Assembly: GCA_049325335.1 (NCBI GenBank)
Contig: JBMOMC010000038.1
Span: 8,941 to 72,940, forward strand
Direction of reading: 5' to 3'
DNA length: 64,000 nucleotides
DNA from: Nitrospirota bacterium
GTDB taxonomy: Bacteria; Nitrospirota; Nitrospiria; 2-01-FULL-66-17
This document shows, one piece after another, positions 39,401 to 51,400 of the stretch. How positions within the stretch are numbered: the stretch's first letter is position 1; each line of letters opens with the position of its first letter. The notes beneath the pieces were generated by a model. It had not been told where the DNA came from. It made no database searches and saw only the letters and a list, made by a program, of their open reading frames with translations. The position numbers and the translations under genes are program-made.

Positions 39401-42400
39401 TTCGCCCAACAACGACGGCAGCGGCGACTCGGTGACCATCAACTATCTGGTCCTGGGCCCCGTGCACCTGGAGTTTGCGATCTACGACGGGGCCGACCGG
39501 TTGGTGCGCACGATCACGCAGGATCACGCGGTCATCGGGCCCGCATCCATTGCCTGGGACGGCCGCGATGACGCCGGAAATTTCGTAACCGATGGCGGGT
39601 ACCGGATCCACGTGATGGATTTTGATTTCTTCGTGACCGCGGACAGTACGCCGCCCAGCACGGCGTTGGCGATCGGCAACGGGTTCCATACCGTGCCGGA
39701 TCGCTACGAGTGCAGTGACTCGGGCGGCGCTCGCGTCTGCGCCCTGCGTCCCGGGCCCCTGGTGGAAGAGCCGTACCGGCTGTTGACCGGTCACGCCGTG
39801 GATGCCGAGTTGGCGCACTGGACCCTGGAAGTCGGGGAGGGCGTAAATCCGTCGGCCTGGACTGTGGTCGATGAAGGCACCGGAGACGCGGCGCTCCGCG
39901 ACGCACGCGGCAACATCTTCACCCCGGTCCAAGACGCGGTGCTGCGCCGTATCGAACGATCGGAAGAGGCGGTAAACCGCAAGTATCGATTAACCGCGGT
40001 GGATCAGGCCGGAAACCGCAGCGTTACGCTCGCGGATCTTGCGCCCGAGGAAGTCATCCTGTACGCGTGGGACTCCCTGGCCGTGTCCACCGAGCGGATA
40101 CTGGAGCAAACCCCTGGTTCGCATCTGCTCTCCATTGAGCAGACTGTGCGCGCGCCATTGTCCAGTCTCGTGGTCCAGTACCGATTGTTGGGCACCACGC
40201 TGTGGGTGGACGGCGCCGCGGTCTCGTTGCCGGGACCGCGCGTTAATCTGCCGTGGAACAACAGCGGCCTGGTCCCGGGCAGGACCTACCAGGTGCGCGT
40301 GGTGGGGACTGATCTGGACGGTCGCCAACTCGTCTCGAACATGATGGCGATCCATTCCAACCTGTTCGTGATGACGGGGATCGACGACGAAACCCAGGTC
40401 ACGCAAGGGATCGCGAGCCTGGTGGATACGCTCACCGAAGTCCGTTTAGTGACGGCCGTGGGCGCTGAAGCGGACATCGGAACCAGCGTGCTCACCGCGC
40501 CGATTCCGATCGACATTGCGATCGCGGTCAACACCTCTAAATTGTGCGAGGACAGAATTCCGTCGATCCCGGTCCGATACCGCGGCGTGGGCGCGAGCGG
40601 GACGGTGTACTACTCCAATACCTTGGTGGCCCAAGGCCGGTGTCCCGGGTTGATGGGCGGGGGGTTGGGGGTGGACGGCGCGTTGCGCCTCGAGGCGCGG
40701 ACATACCCCGCGCCCGCGTGCGGCGCGCCCACGCCGGGATCCGTGCAGATCACGCTGAGCAGCACCGGTTTGGTGATGGACGCCACGTTGGCGGTGCAGA
40801 GCGAGCCCAACGGGCCATTGGTGGATATTCCGGTCAGCGGGTTGCCGTTCCAGACTCAAATCGACACGCGCACCAGACCCGAAGGCACGTACCTGGTACG
40901 CGCGCACGGGCGGCTGTTCCGGTCCGATGGCGACACGGCGGACGTGAGCGCCACCGCGCGGTTTATCGTGGACCGCGTGGCGCCGACCGCGGCGATCACG
41001 TATCCGGCAACGAACCAACTCTTATGTCCGATCATCACGACCGATCGCCCGGTCGTGGCGATTGAAGGCATCGCAGAGGACGCGAACTTCGACCACTATG
41101 AAGTCGAATTCGGCGTCGGCGAGTCGCCGACGCAGTGGAGCCCGATTACGCAGGCCGCGGGCCAGACAATTGATACGCGGGCGCCGCGGCGCGGTATCTT
41201 GGCGAACTGGGACGTGACCGGCCTACCGGGCGGTACGTACACGCTGCGGTTGAACGTCTACGACCAGGGCGGGAATCTCGTGTGCGTCACCGTGACGTTT
41301 ACGCTAGCCGATCCAATGCGCGTCTCGAACGTCACCCCTGATCGACGACTGTTCTCGCCCAACGGAGACGGGGTGTACGATTCGATCGCCGTCGCGTACC
41401 AATTGAACAAGACCGCGAGCGTGCAGGCCCGCGTGTACCCGGTGGTCAACGGACAGGTCGGGGCCATGCCGGTGCGAAGCTTGCTCAACAACGTGCAGGA
41501 AGCCGAAGGAACCTCGTCGGTGATCTGGGACGGCGCCACGGATGTTGGGGCGCGCGCGCCGGACGGCGTGTACGCGGTGGTCGTAACCGCAACCGACGCG
41601 TGCGGTGTGATCGCGAGCGCGAGCGCGCAGGTCGAGGTGGATGCCACGCCGCCCGACGCGGCCATCGAATCGCCCCTGACAACGGACGTGTTACCCGTCA
41701 TCGTGGAAGTTCTGGGGATTGCGACCGACGCGCACTTTGAGCGCTACCGGTTGGAGGTGTGGCCCGACGCGGATCCTGCGTCGGTCCGGTTGGTCGCGGG
41801 CACGGGTACGCAGGTCCGCTCAGGACGCCTGGGAATGTGGAACACGTTGGGCCGCGGCGGCGCGTATACGCTCCGGCTCACCGTGACGGATTTCGCGGGC
41901 AATCATCGGGAGTCGACCGTGTCGGTCATGGTGTCGCAGCTCGATCCGCTGATCAGCAGCCTGGCCGCGACCCCGGCGTTATTCTCGCCCAACGGGGACG
42001 GCCGACTGGATACCGTGGTCGCGGAGTACGGACTCACCGAGGACGCGGTGGTCGTCATCGACGTGCTGGACGCCGCAGATGCCGTCATCGGAACGTTGGT
42101 CGATGCTACCGCGTTACGCGGTATCGCGCAGGCGAACTGGAACGGCCTGAGCGACGCGGGCGCGCCTGCGCCGGACGGCACGTATCGCATTCGCCTCCGG
42201 GCAACCGGAGTGGCAGACCCCACGCGCACGCAAACCGAGACGGTCCGGGTCGTGATCGACGCGACCCCGCCCACGGTGACGCCGACAACGCCTGCTGACA
42301 ATACGTTCCTGGCCTCGGCTCCGGTTCTCGCCGGGACGCTTAGCGATCTCAACTTGGAGCGGTACGAAATCACCTACGGCGGGAACGGGCCGCGATTGGT

Positions 42401-45400
42401 CTTCGACGAGGGAACGGACAACCGAGACGGGGTCACGTTCGGACCGCTGGCCGGCCTTTCGGATGGGCCATACAGTCTGACGTGGTCGGCCACGGATCTC
42501 GCGGGGAACGCGACCGAGCGCACCACCGCCTTTACGCTGGACACTACGTCACCCGCGGTCACGCTGACCGCGCCGTCCGACAACGCGGTGGTGGGCGGCA
42601 CGGTCTCGAACGTGGAAGTTCGGGGCTCGGCCGGGGATGTCAACCTTGCGGAGTGGACCCTGAGAGTTGGGGCGGGAACTGATCCGGCCACGTGGACCAC
42701 GTTGGCGAGCGGGACCGCCGAGCCCGCAAGCGATCTCTTGGTCACCTGGGACACGACATCGGTGCCTGACGGGACGTACACATTGTCGCTGATCGCGACG
42801 GATCGCGCCGGCACGTCCGCGGAAACGCGTCGTGCCGTGGTCGTGGACAATACGGCGCCCACCGCGAACCTCAGCTATCCAATCGATGGCGCCACGATCA
42901 GCACGCGGGTGAATCTGGTCGGGACCGCGATGGACGAGCACTTTGTCTCGGCGCTCATCGAAATTTCCGCAGGCGACTCGGGCTCGGCGTTCCAATTCGC
43001 GCCCATGGCCGTCCTGTCTCAGGCCGTGGATGACGATGAGTTGACGTCGTGGGGAACGGGAACGTGGCCGGCCGACGGCACGTACACGCTGCGGTTGACG
43101 GTGCAAGACACGGTCGGCCTGACCACGGCCCGCTCGATAACCGTGCACCTCGACACGCAACCGCCTGACCCGCCGATTGACCTGACCGCCCAGGTGGAAA
43201 CCCGGGATGACGTGCGCCTGATCTGGACCGCGAGTCCGAGCTTGGACGCCATCGGCTACTACGTGTATCGCGGCGGGGCGAGGATCACCGCTGCGCCCGT
43301 GGTGGGGACCACCTATCTGGATCAGGACCTGTCCGACGGGGCGCACCGCTACACGGTGACCGCGGTGGACCAGGGCGGCCTGGAGAGCGAGCCATCCAAC
43401 GAAGCCCGAGTGGCCGTGGACCTGACGCCGCCGGCGGTACGGATTGCCACGCCGACCAACAACGCAGTGGTCGGCGGCCTGGTCGATATCCGCGGCATTG
43501 CGGCCAGCGATGACTTTCGGGAGTATCGGATCCTGGTAGGCGACGGGGTTGCTCCCGCGAGCTTCACGTTGGTGCGACGTTCGCCCGTGCCGGTGACGAA
43601 CGGGACATTGTCCGAGTGGGATTCCGTGGGCCGGTCCGAGAGTTCCTTGGTGACCATCCGGCTGGAAGCCGAGGATTTGGCGGGCAATGTTGGGATGCAC
43701 CAGATCGCGGTCACGATCGATAACCTGCCGCCCGCCGCGCCGACCATCATATCCGCCGCGGCGACGGGGTCCGATATCGCGGTGGAGTGGTCCGCGAATA
43801 CGGAGACGGATCTGGCAGGCTACCTGCTCTACAACAACGACGTGGTGGCGAACGTGCGTCGGATCGTGACCGGCAGCGTCACGCCGTACCTGCTGTCAGC
43901 GACGACATTCGCGGACCTGGGATTGCCGGACGGGACGTACCGCTACGTGGTGTTCGCCTTGGACCAGGCCGGGAACTACAGCGACCCCTCCAACACGATG
44001 ACGGTAACGGTCGAAACCCGTCCGCCGAGGGCCACGATCGTCTCGCCGGCGACCGGGACGCGGACCCAGACCGCAGTCACGCTCGTGGCGACATCGCCGG
44101 ATCAGGATGTGGCGTCCGTGCAGTTCCAGTTCAGGGCCGAGGCCGAGGTCACGTGGACGGACCTGGGCGCGCCGAGGGCGTTTACCCCGTACCAAACGGT
44201 TTGGGATCCGACCGGCTTGCCCTATGGGAGCTATCAGTTCCGCGCCGTGGCGACCGACGTGAACATTAACACCGATCCCGCGCCGCCCGAGATCACGATC
44301 ATCCACCAGGATCTCACTCCGCCTGGGGCGCCCACGGGCCTGGCGGCGCGCGTAACCGAAAGCAACTTGGATCTGACGTGGGCCGCCAACAATGAGACGG
44401 ACCTGGCCGGGTATCATGTGTACCTCGTCGTGCCGGGGTCTGCGCCGATGCGGATCACACCGAGCCCCGTACTGCAACCGTTGTTGAACCGTCCCGATAT
44501 GAGCGACGAGAACTACACGTTCACGGTCACGGCGGTGGACAGCAGCGGCAACGAGAGCGCGCCGTCGAGCCCGGCCCAGGCGCGTGTGTATGTGGTCGGG
44601 TTGTCCGCTCCCGAGGCGTGCGTCACCGGCACGGAAACCGTGGTCACCGGGACCGGTGTGACGCCGGGCAGTGTCGTGACGTTGTACCGCGAAGATCCGG
44701 CGGGAGGGGTGTTGATCGGCACCGCGACGGCGGGCACCGACGGATCGGTCCAATTTGCGGGCGTGATCCTTCCGCCAGGGCCGCAGCCGTTGTCCGCCCA
44801 GGCCATTGACCCGGCCGGGAACGTGAGCCGACGAGCCGTGAGCACGACCGTGGAACTCGCGCCGATTCCCGGCGCGCCGACCGGGCTGGCAGCCGGCGTG
44901 GCAGGATACGACGTGTCGTTGACCTGGGACCCTGGTGGTCCCTCGGTCAGCGGGTACCACGTGTTCCGAGGCGCCACGCCGTTGGTCATCGGAACAACGC
45001 CCATCAGGGTGGCGGGTTCGCCGTTGGCGTCATCGTGGAGCAACTATTCCTACTACGGCCCCTCCCGGGCGTGGGACGAATCCTTGTCCACGTTCTGGAT
45101 TCCGGCATCTTGGGATCCGGCTCCAGTCTGGCAGGTTGATTTCTACCAGTCCCACCTGGTGGCCGGCATTCGCCTGCAATGGTATAGCGACGCCTCGATG
45201 GTGTACGGGCCGATCAGTTTCAACGTGCAGGCGTGGAGCCATGACACGTGGATCACGGTCCAGACCTTCACCGGCGGCGCGCCGGCCGATAACGTGGTTG
45301 TGTTCCCGAGTCCGATCGAGACGATCCGGCTGCGGGTGGTGATGACGACCTGGCAGTACAGTCCCGCGTATCTCTACCTGGCTGAAGCGCAGATCTTGGG

Positions 45401-48400
45401 CCCCAATTACCTGGTGACGGGAACATCGTTCACGGATCCCGGCGTGCCCGATGGGCAACACGCGTACCGATTGGTCGCGGTCAATGCGTGCAGCGTGGAG
45501 GGACCGGCCAGCGAACTCACGACGGCGGTCGGCGACGTAACGGCGCCCGGTGCGCCGATCGATTTGACGGCGACAGCGACGGGTTCGGACGTCGCGCTCT
45601 CCTGGACGACGCCGGCTGATCCCGACGTGGCGGGGTATATCGTGTACCGCGACGTCGGCGGTGCGTGGACCAGGCTTAACCCCACGCCGGTGCCGGCTAT
45701 GAACTACGTCGATCCCGTGCTTCCCAACGGGACCTATCGGTATCGGGTGATTGCCGTGGACACGGTCGGTAACCAGAGCGCGCCATCGAACGAGGCGCAG
45801 GCGTCCGTCAATGTCCCGTTGCCGAGTGGGCCGCTCGCATTGGCCGTGACCGCGCCGCTCGGCGGCGGACGTCTGGATCTGGCGTGGTCGCCCGGCGATC
45901 CGACTCAGTCGATCTTGGGATACCGTGTGTATCGATCAACCGTCGCGGGCGGACCATACGTTGACGTTGGGCAGAGCGTCGCAACGACGTACGCGGACCA
46001 GACCGTCACCAACGGCACGACCTACTACTATGTGGTGCGCGCCGCGGATGCGGCCGGTAACGAAAGCGCCGCGTCCAACGAGTCGAGCGGCACGCCGCGC
46101 GATACGCTGACCCCTGAACCTCCGGTACTGCTGTTCCCGACCGATGCCGCTCATCCGATCATTGTGACGGATGATGTGACGTTGGTCGGCGGGACCGCTG
46201 AACCGGGCGCGGTGGTCCGGCTGTTGAACGAGGGTATTTCACTGGGCGCGACCACCGCCCTGTCGGCGCATGACGTGGAGACGGTCGCCTTGCCGACCTT
46301 TCCGAACGGCGCGGTCGCGGTGTCGGCTGCTGACGCTCAGGTGGCGTATTTCGGCTGGCACGACGGGGCCTCGGCCTATGTCCTGACTATCGTCAATGCG
46401 GACTCGGGCGACGTGACGTACGTGGCTGCGGCGGCGGACGGATCCAGCCCGGTGTTCACGCCGGACGGATCCCGCATCGCGTACGCCCGGTACGACGGGG
46501 CCGGGCCCTCAGGGTATGGACTGTTCGTCTATGATCTGGGCACGGGCTCTATTTCACGGGAGTCGGATCTGCCGGGAGGGATGTCTGATCCGGCATTTTC
46601 ATCAGACGGCGACAAACTGGCGTTCTCCTACAACTCGCAAATTTGGGCCGTGGACCTGACCGCGGCGTCTCCGGACGCCGACCAGGTCACGAGCGAGCCT
46701 GATTCCACGTATACACCATTGTGGTCGAACGACGGAGCAACGATCTTCTACATCACGTACGCGGACACGGCGTGGGCATTGCGCCGGTTGGATACGGCAA
46801 CGGGTATCGCAACCGACGTGGCCTTCCAGGTGGGGACCAGCCGGTTCAGTTTATCGCGAGACGGGGCCACGTTGGCGTACGAGTCGGTGCAAAGCGGCCG
46901 GCCGGAATTGTGGCTGTACGACGTGGCCTCCGGCGCGCAGACTCCGGTTCCGCCGGGAGACGAGGGGCGGTACGCGCCGTTGCTGGCCGCGGACGGCGCG
47001 TCGATCGTGTACATCAGCGAACCGTCCGGTGAGCCATTCCAGCTTCGGCGGCTCGACCCGGCAACCGGGGCGAGCGAGCTCTTGGCGACCGACTCGGGAG
47101 GTAACCCACCGTCGTGGACCGCCGGCGGCTCGTTACTCATGCCGCGCGACAACACTTTGCTGCACGTCCGGACCGCGGGATCCTTCCAGTTCAACGGCGT
47201 AGGCCTTGCCGCCGGGGACAACGTGTTCAGCGCGATCGCAATCGATGCCGCGGGGAATCCCAGCGCGCCGGCCGACCCCATCACGGTGACGTTGGATGTG
47301 TCGGCCCGTCCCGACCTGGCGGTGACGACCGCCGACGTGTTCGCGTATCCGCTCATGCCCACGCCCACCGAACGCGTTCGGGTGGCCGCCACGATCCGCA
47401 ACGCCGGCGCGTCCGCCGCGACCAACGTCGAAGTCGTCTTGTACGCGCTCGCGCCGTCCGGCGCACTCGCGCAGATCGGCCCGCTCCGGACCATTCCGGC
47501 TTTGGCGCCCGGTGCATCGTCGGTGGTCTCGGCTGACTGGCTCTCGCCCGCAACGGGCGGACGGTATACGTTGGTGGTAGTTGTGGACCCGGTCGGCACT
47601 ATCGCTGAAGTCTCCGAGACCAACAACACGGCGCGTCGCGACGTGTTGTTGGTCTCGGCCGGAGGCGCGCCCACGGTGTCGGTGAGAACCGACCATACGA
47701 GTTATTCGCCGTCCGGCAGGGTCTACGCGTTCGTGGAGGCCGCTAACCCGGGCGTGGCGGCGGATTTTGATCTAGAGGTCACGATCGAAGACGAAGCGGG
47801 CTTTACCGCCGCCACATTGCTGCGCCAGCGGCTGGCCGGATTCGGATACGCCGTCCGATCCTTTGCGGTGGATTGGAGCGCCGTCGGGGTGTACGGCGGG
47901 GCCTATCGCGCGCGGGCACGGCTCGTTCCCGCGAGCGGTCCCGCAATCGAGGCCGCGGCCGCATTTGTGATCGAGACCGACGCGCAGGCCGCGGCATCCG
48001 TATCCACGGATCGCAGCCTGTATCAGGCGGGCGACCTGGTGTCGATCTCCGGGCTGGTCCGCAATACGAGCGTGAACGCGGATCTCGCAGACCTGGTCGC
48101 GGTGATCGAGGTGATTGATGCGGGCGGCACGGTGGTTTCGCGCACCGAGCAGGCCGTGGCACGACTGTTGTTGGGCGGGCAAGCCCGCGTTCAGGCACAG
48201 TGGGCCTCGCGGCCCGGCGTATTGACCGCGCGTCTGAGGGTCATGGGCCCGTCCGGCGACCTGGCCGCGGCGTCGGCCCCGTTCTCGGTGTTGGGCGTGG
48301 TGCGTCTGGAAGGACAGGTTCTGGCCACCCCGGCCGTGATCGCCATCGGCGAGGCGTTTACCATTGCGGCGTCGGCATCCAACTCCGGCACGTTGGATGC

Positions 48401-51400
48401 GAACGCGGTGGCGCTTCGACTGCGAGTGGCGTCGGCCGGATCGCAGGCCGTGGTACGGACATTCGACCGGGTTGTGGACCTGCCCGCAGGCTCTTCACGG
48501 CCCTGGCAGGTGGGGAGCGACGCCGCTGGTCTGGCGCCTGGTGCGTACACCGTGACCCTTGAGGCGGTCGGAACCTCGGTGCAGTCCCTGGCAAACGGCG
48601 CGCTGAATGTGGCGGATCGCGTCGCGCCCACGGTTTCGATCCTGACGCCGAGTGCCGGCGCGTTCTCTAACGCCGACGTTGCGTTCTCCGCCCGGGCGGC
48701 GGACGATGCTTCGGGCGTTGACCGGGTTGAATACCGGGTCGATAACGGTCCGTGGACTCGGTTGCCGATCGCCGATTTGGCGTTCGGACGATACGCAACC
48801 CTGTTCCCCGGCTCGCCGACCACCGAGGGAGCCCACACCCTGACGGTTCGTGCGTTCGACAACGCGGGGAACGGGGACGAGACCTCGTCGTCTGATGCCA
48901 ACCCGGTGTCCGTCGTGTTTACGATCGACGTGACCCCGCCGAGTATTGACATCGCAGGCGTGGTCGATGGCGTCACGTACGGCTCGGCTGTCACGCCCAT
49001 GATCGCGGTCACGGACGCGAATCTCGCGACGCAGAGCACCCTGCTCAACGGCGCGGCGTTCACGAGCGGGACCCAGATCGGTAACGAGGGGTCGCACGTC
49101 TTGACCGTCACGGCCACAGACTTGGCGGGGAACGCGTCGAGCCGCGAGATGCGGTTCGTGATCAGCGCAACAAGCAATCAGCCGCCCACGGCGCTCGACG
49201 ATCACTACGACGTCCAGGAAGGAGCCGCCCTGGGGTCATTGCCGCCCGGCGTGTTGGCTAATGATCTCGATGCCGACGATCCCACGAGTTCGCTGGTCGC
49301 GGTCATGGTGACGCCCCCCGCGAACGGGACGTTCACGCTTGGATCGGATGGTGGATTTGCCTATGGGCCTAACCCCGGATTTTCGGGCACGGACCAGTTC
49401 ATCTACCGCGCGCAGGACCCGCATGGGGCGCAGAGCAACCTCGCGGTCGTGACCATCACGGTCATTCCGAATCCGCGGTTCACGCTGAGGGCCTCGGCTG
49501 CCCCGCTCAGGGGCTCGCTGGTCGTTGAGCCGGCTGGAACCCCGGCGATCTGCGTGGTCGGGGACCTGTGCTTCACGTACAACGCCGGTCAGCAAGTGAC
49601 GCTGACGGTGGCCGCCGCAACGGGATTTGTTTTCACGGGGTGGACCGGCGACTGCGCGGGCCAGGATAACCCATGCCTGCTGACCATGGACGCGGACCAG
49701 AACGCGACCGCGCAATTGAACGCGATCCCGGCGGCGAACGCGGGCCCGGATCAGACCGTGCAGGTGACGAATACCGTGACATTGGACGGCGGCGCCTCGA
49801 CCGATGCGGACGGCGACTCCTTGACGTTTGAGTGGTCGGTTGTGTCGCGACCGGTCGGTAGTGCGGCGGTTCTGTCGGACTCGATCGCGGTGAATCCCGC
49901 GTTTTATGTGGATCGCCCCGGCGCGTACGTTCTGTCGCTGGTCGTGCGCGACGGGGTGTCCGCGAGCGAGCCGGATACGGTAACGATCACCACCACGAAT
50001 TCCGCGCCCGTGGCCAACGCGGGTCCCGATCAAACCGCCCGCGTGACCGACACCGTGCGTTTAGACGGCGGGGGATCGAGCGACGTGGACGGCGATCCGT
50101 TGGCGTTCCGGTGGACGATCACCGCGATGCCGCTCGGGAGCCTGGCAACGCTCTCTGATCCGAGCGTGGTTGCGCCGACGTTCCGCGTGGATTTGCCGGG
50201 TGAGTACGTGGTCGAACTGGTCGTCCATGACGGCGCCGTGGACAGCGCGCCGGACGGAATCCGAATCAGCACCGAGAACACGGCGCCGGTCGCGATCGCG
50301 CGGGCCAGCGGTCCGGTTCGGGTCGCGGAGACCGTATTGCTGGACGGCGGCGATTCGTTCGACGTGGACGGCGACCCACTGACTTTCCGTTGGGCCCTGA
50401 CCGTGCGGCCCGCGGATAGCGCGGCGGTCTTGTCGGATGCGACGGCGGTAGCGCCCACGTTTGTTGCGGATGTGGCTGGTGCGTACGTGGCGCAGTTGAT
50501 CGTCACCGACGGCGCGGTGGACAGCCCGCCGGTCACGGTGAGCGTCACGACCGAGAACACGCTGCCGGTGGCCGACGCGGGCCCGGATCAGACCGTGCCG
50601 GTCGGCGCGACGGCGACGCTCGACGGAGCCGGTTCATTTGACGCGGATGGGAATTCGTTGACCTACCGGTGGGCGCTGACCGTGCAGCCGGCCGGAAGCG
50701 CGGCGGTCTTGTCTGATCCCACGGCTCCGTCGCCGAGCTTTGTGGTTGATCGGTCGGGGACTTACGTGGCGCAGTTGATCGTCAACGATGGCACGGTGGA
50801 GAGCGCGCCCGACACGGTGACGCTTACCACCGTGAACTCCGCCCCCGTAGCCAATGCCGGAGCTGATCAAACCGTGGCGGTGGGGAGCGTAGTCCAACTG
50901 GACGGCGGGGGATCCTCCGACGCGGATGGGGACGCGCTCACGTACCAATGGGCGCTCACGGTCCAACCTGCGGGCAGCACCGCCGCGATTTCCGATCCGT
51001 CCGCGACGCGTCCGACGTTCACCGCGGATCAGGCCGGAACGTACGTCGCGCAACTCATGGTCGGCGACGGACTCCTCACCAGCTCGCCGGACACCGTGAC
51101 CATTACAGCCACAAGCGCGCCATCACCGTGCAAGGACGACGAGGACGAGTGGGATGGAACGGATCATGACAAGGACGATCATGGGAACGGGACCGGTCAC
51201 GACAAGAACGACCACAAGGGTAAATATCACAAGGGCCGGCACCAAGATTGCGACCCCGAGCGCCGCGTGGATCTCGCACTCGCGGACCTAGATGCGCCGG
51301 AGACCACCAACGCATGCCAACAACGCGCTCGGATTTACTTAACGGTCCATAATCTGGGCAACCGGACCGAACAGGCTATGGTGACCTTATACAAGGACGG

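Noticed and set aside
49725..51110. PKD repeats as a DGR template/variable repeat pair
   Set aside because: They are in-frame domain repeats, no adenine-specific pattern was noticed, and there is no reverse transcriptase in the window
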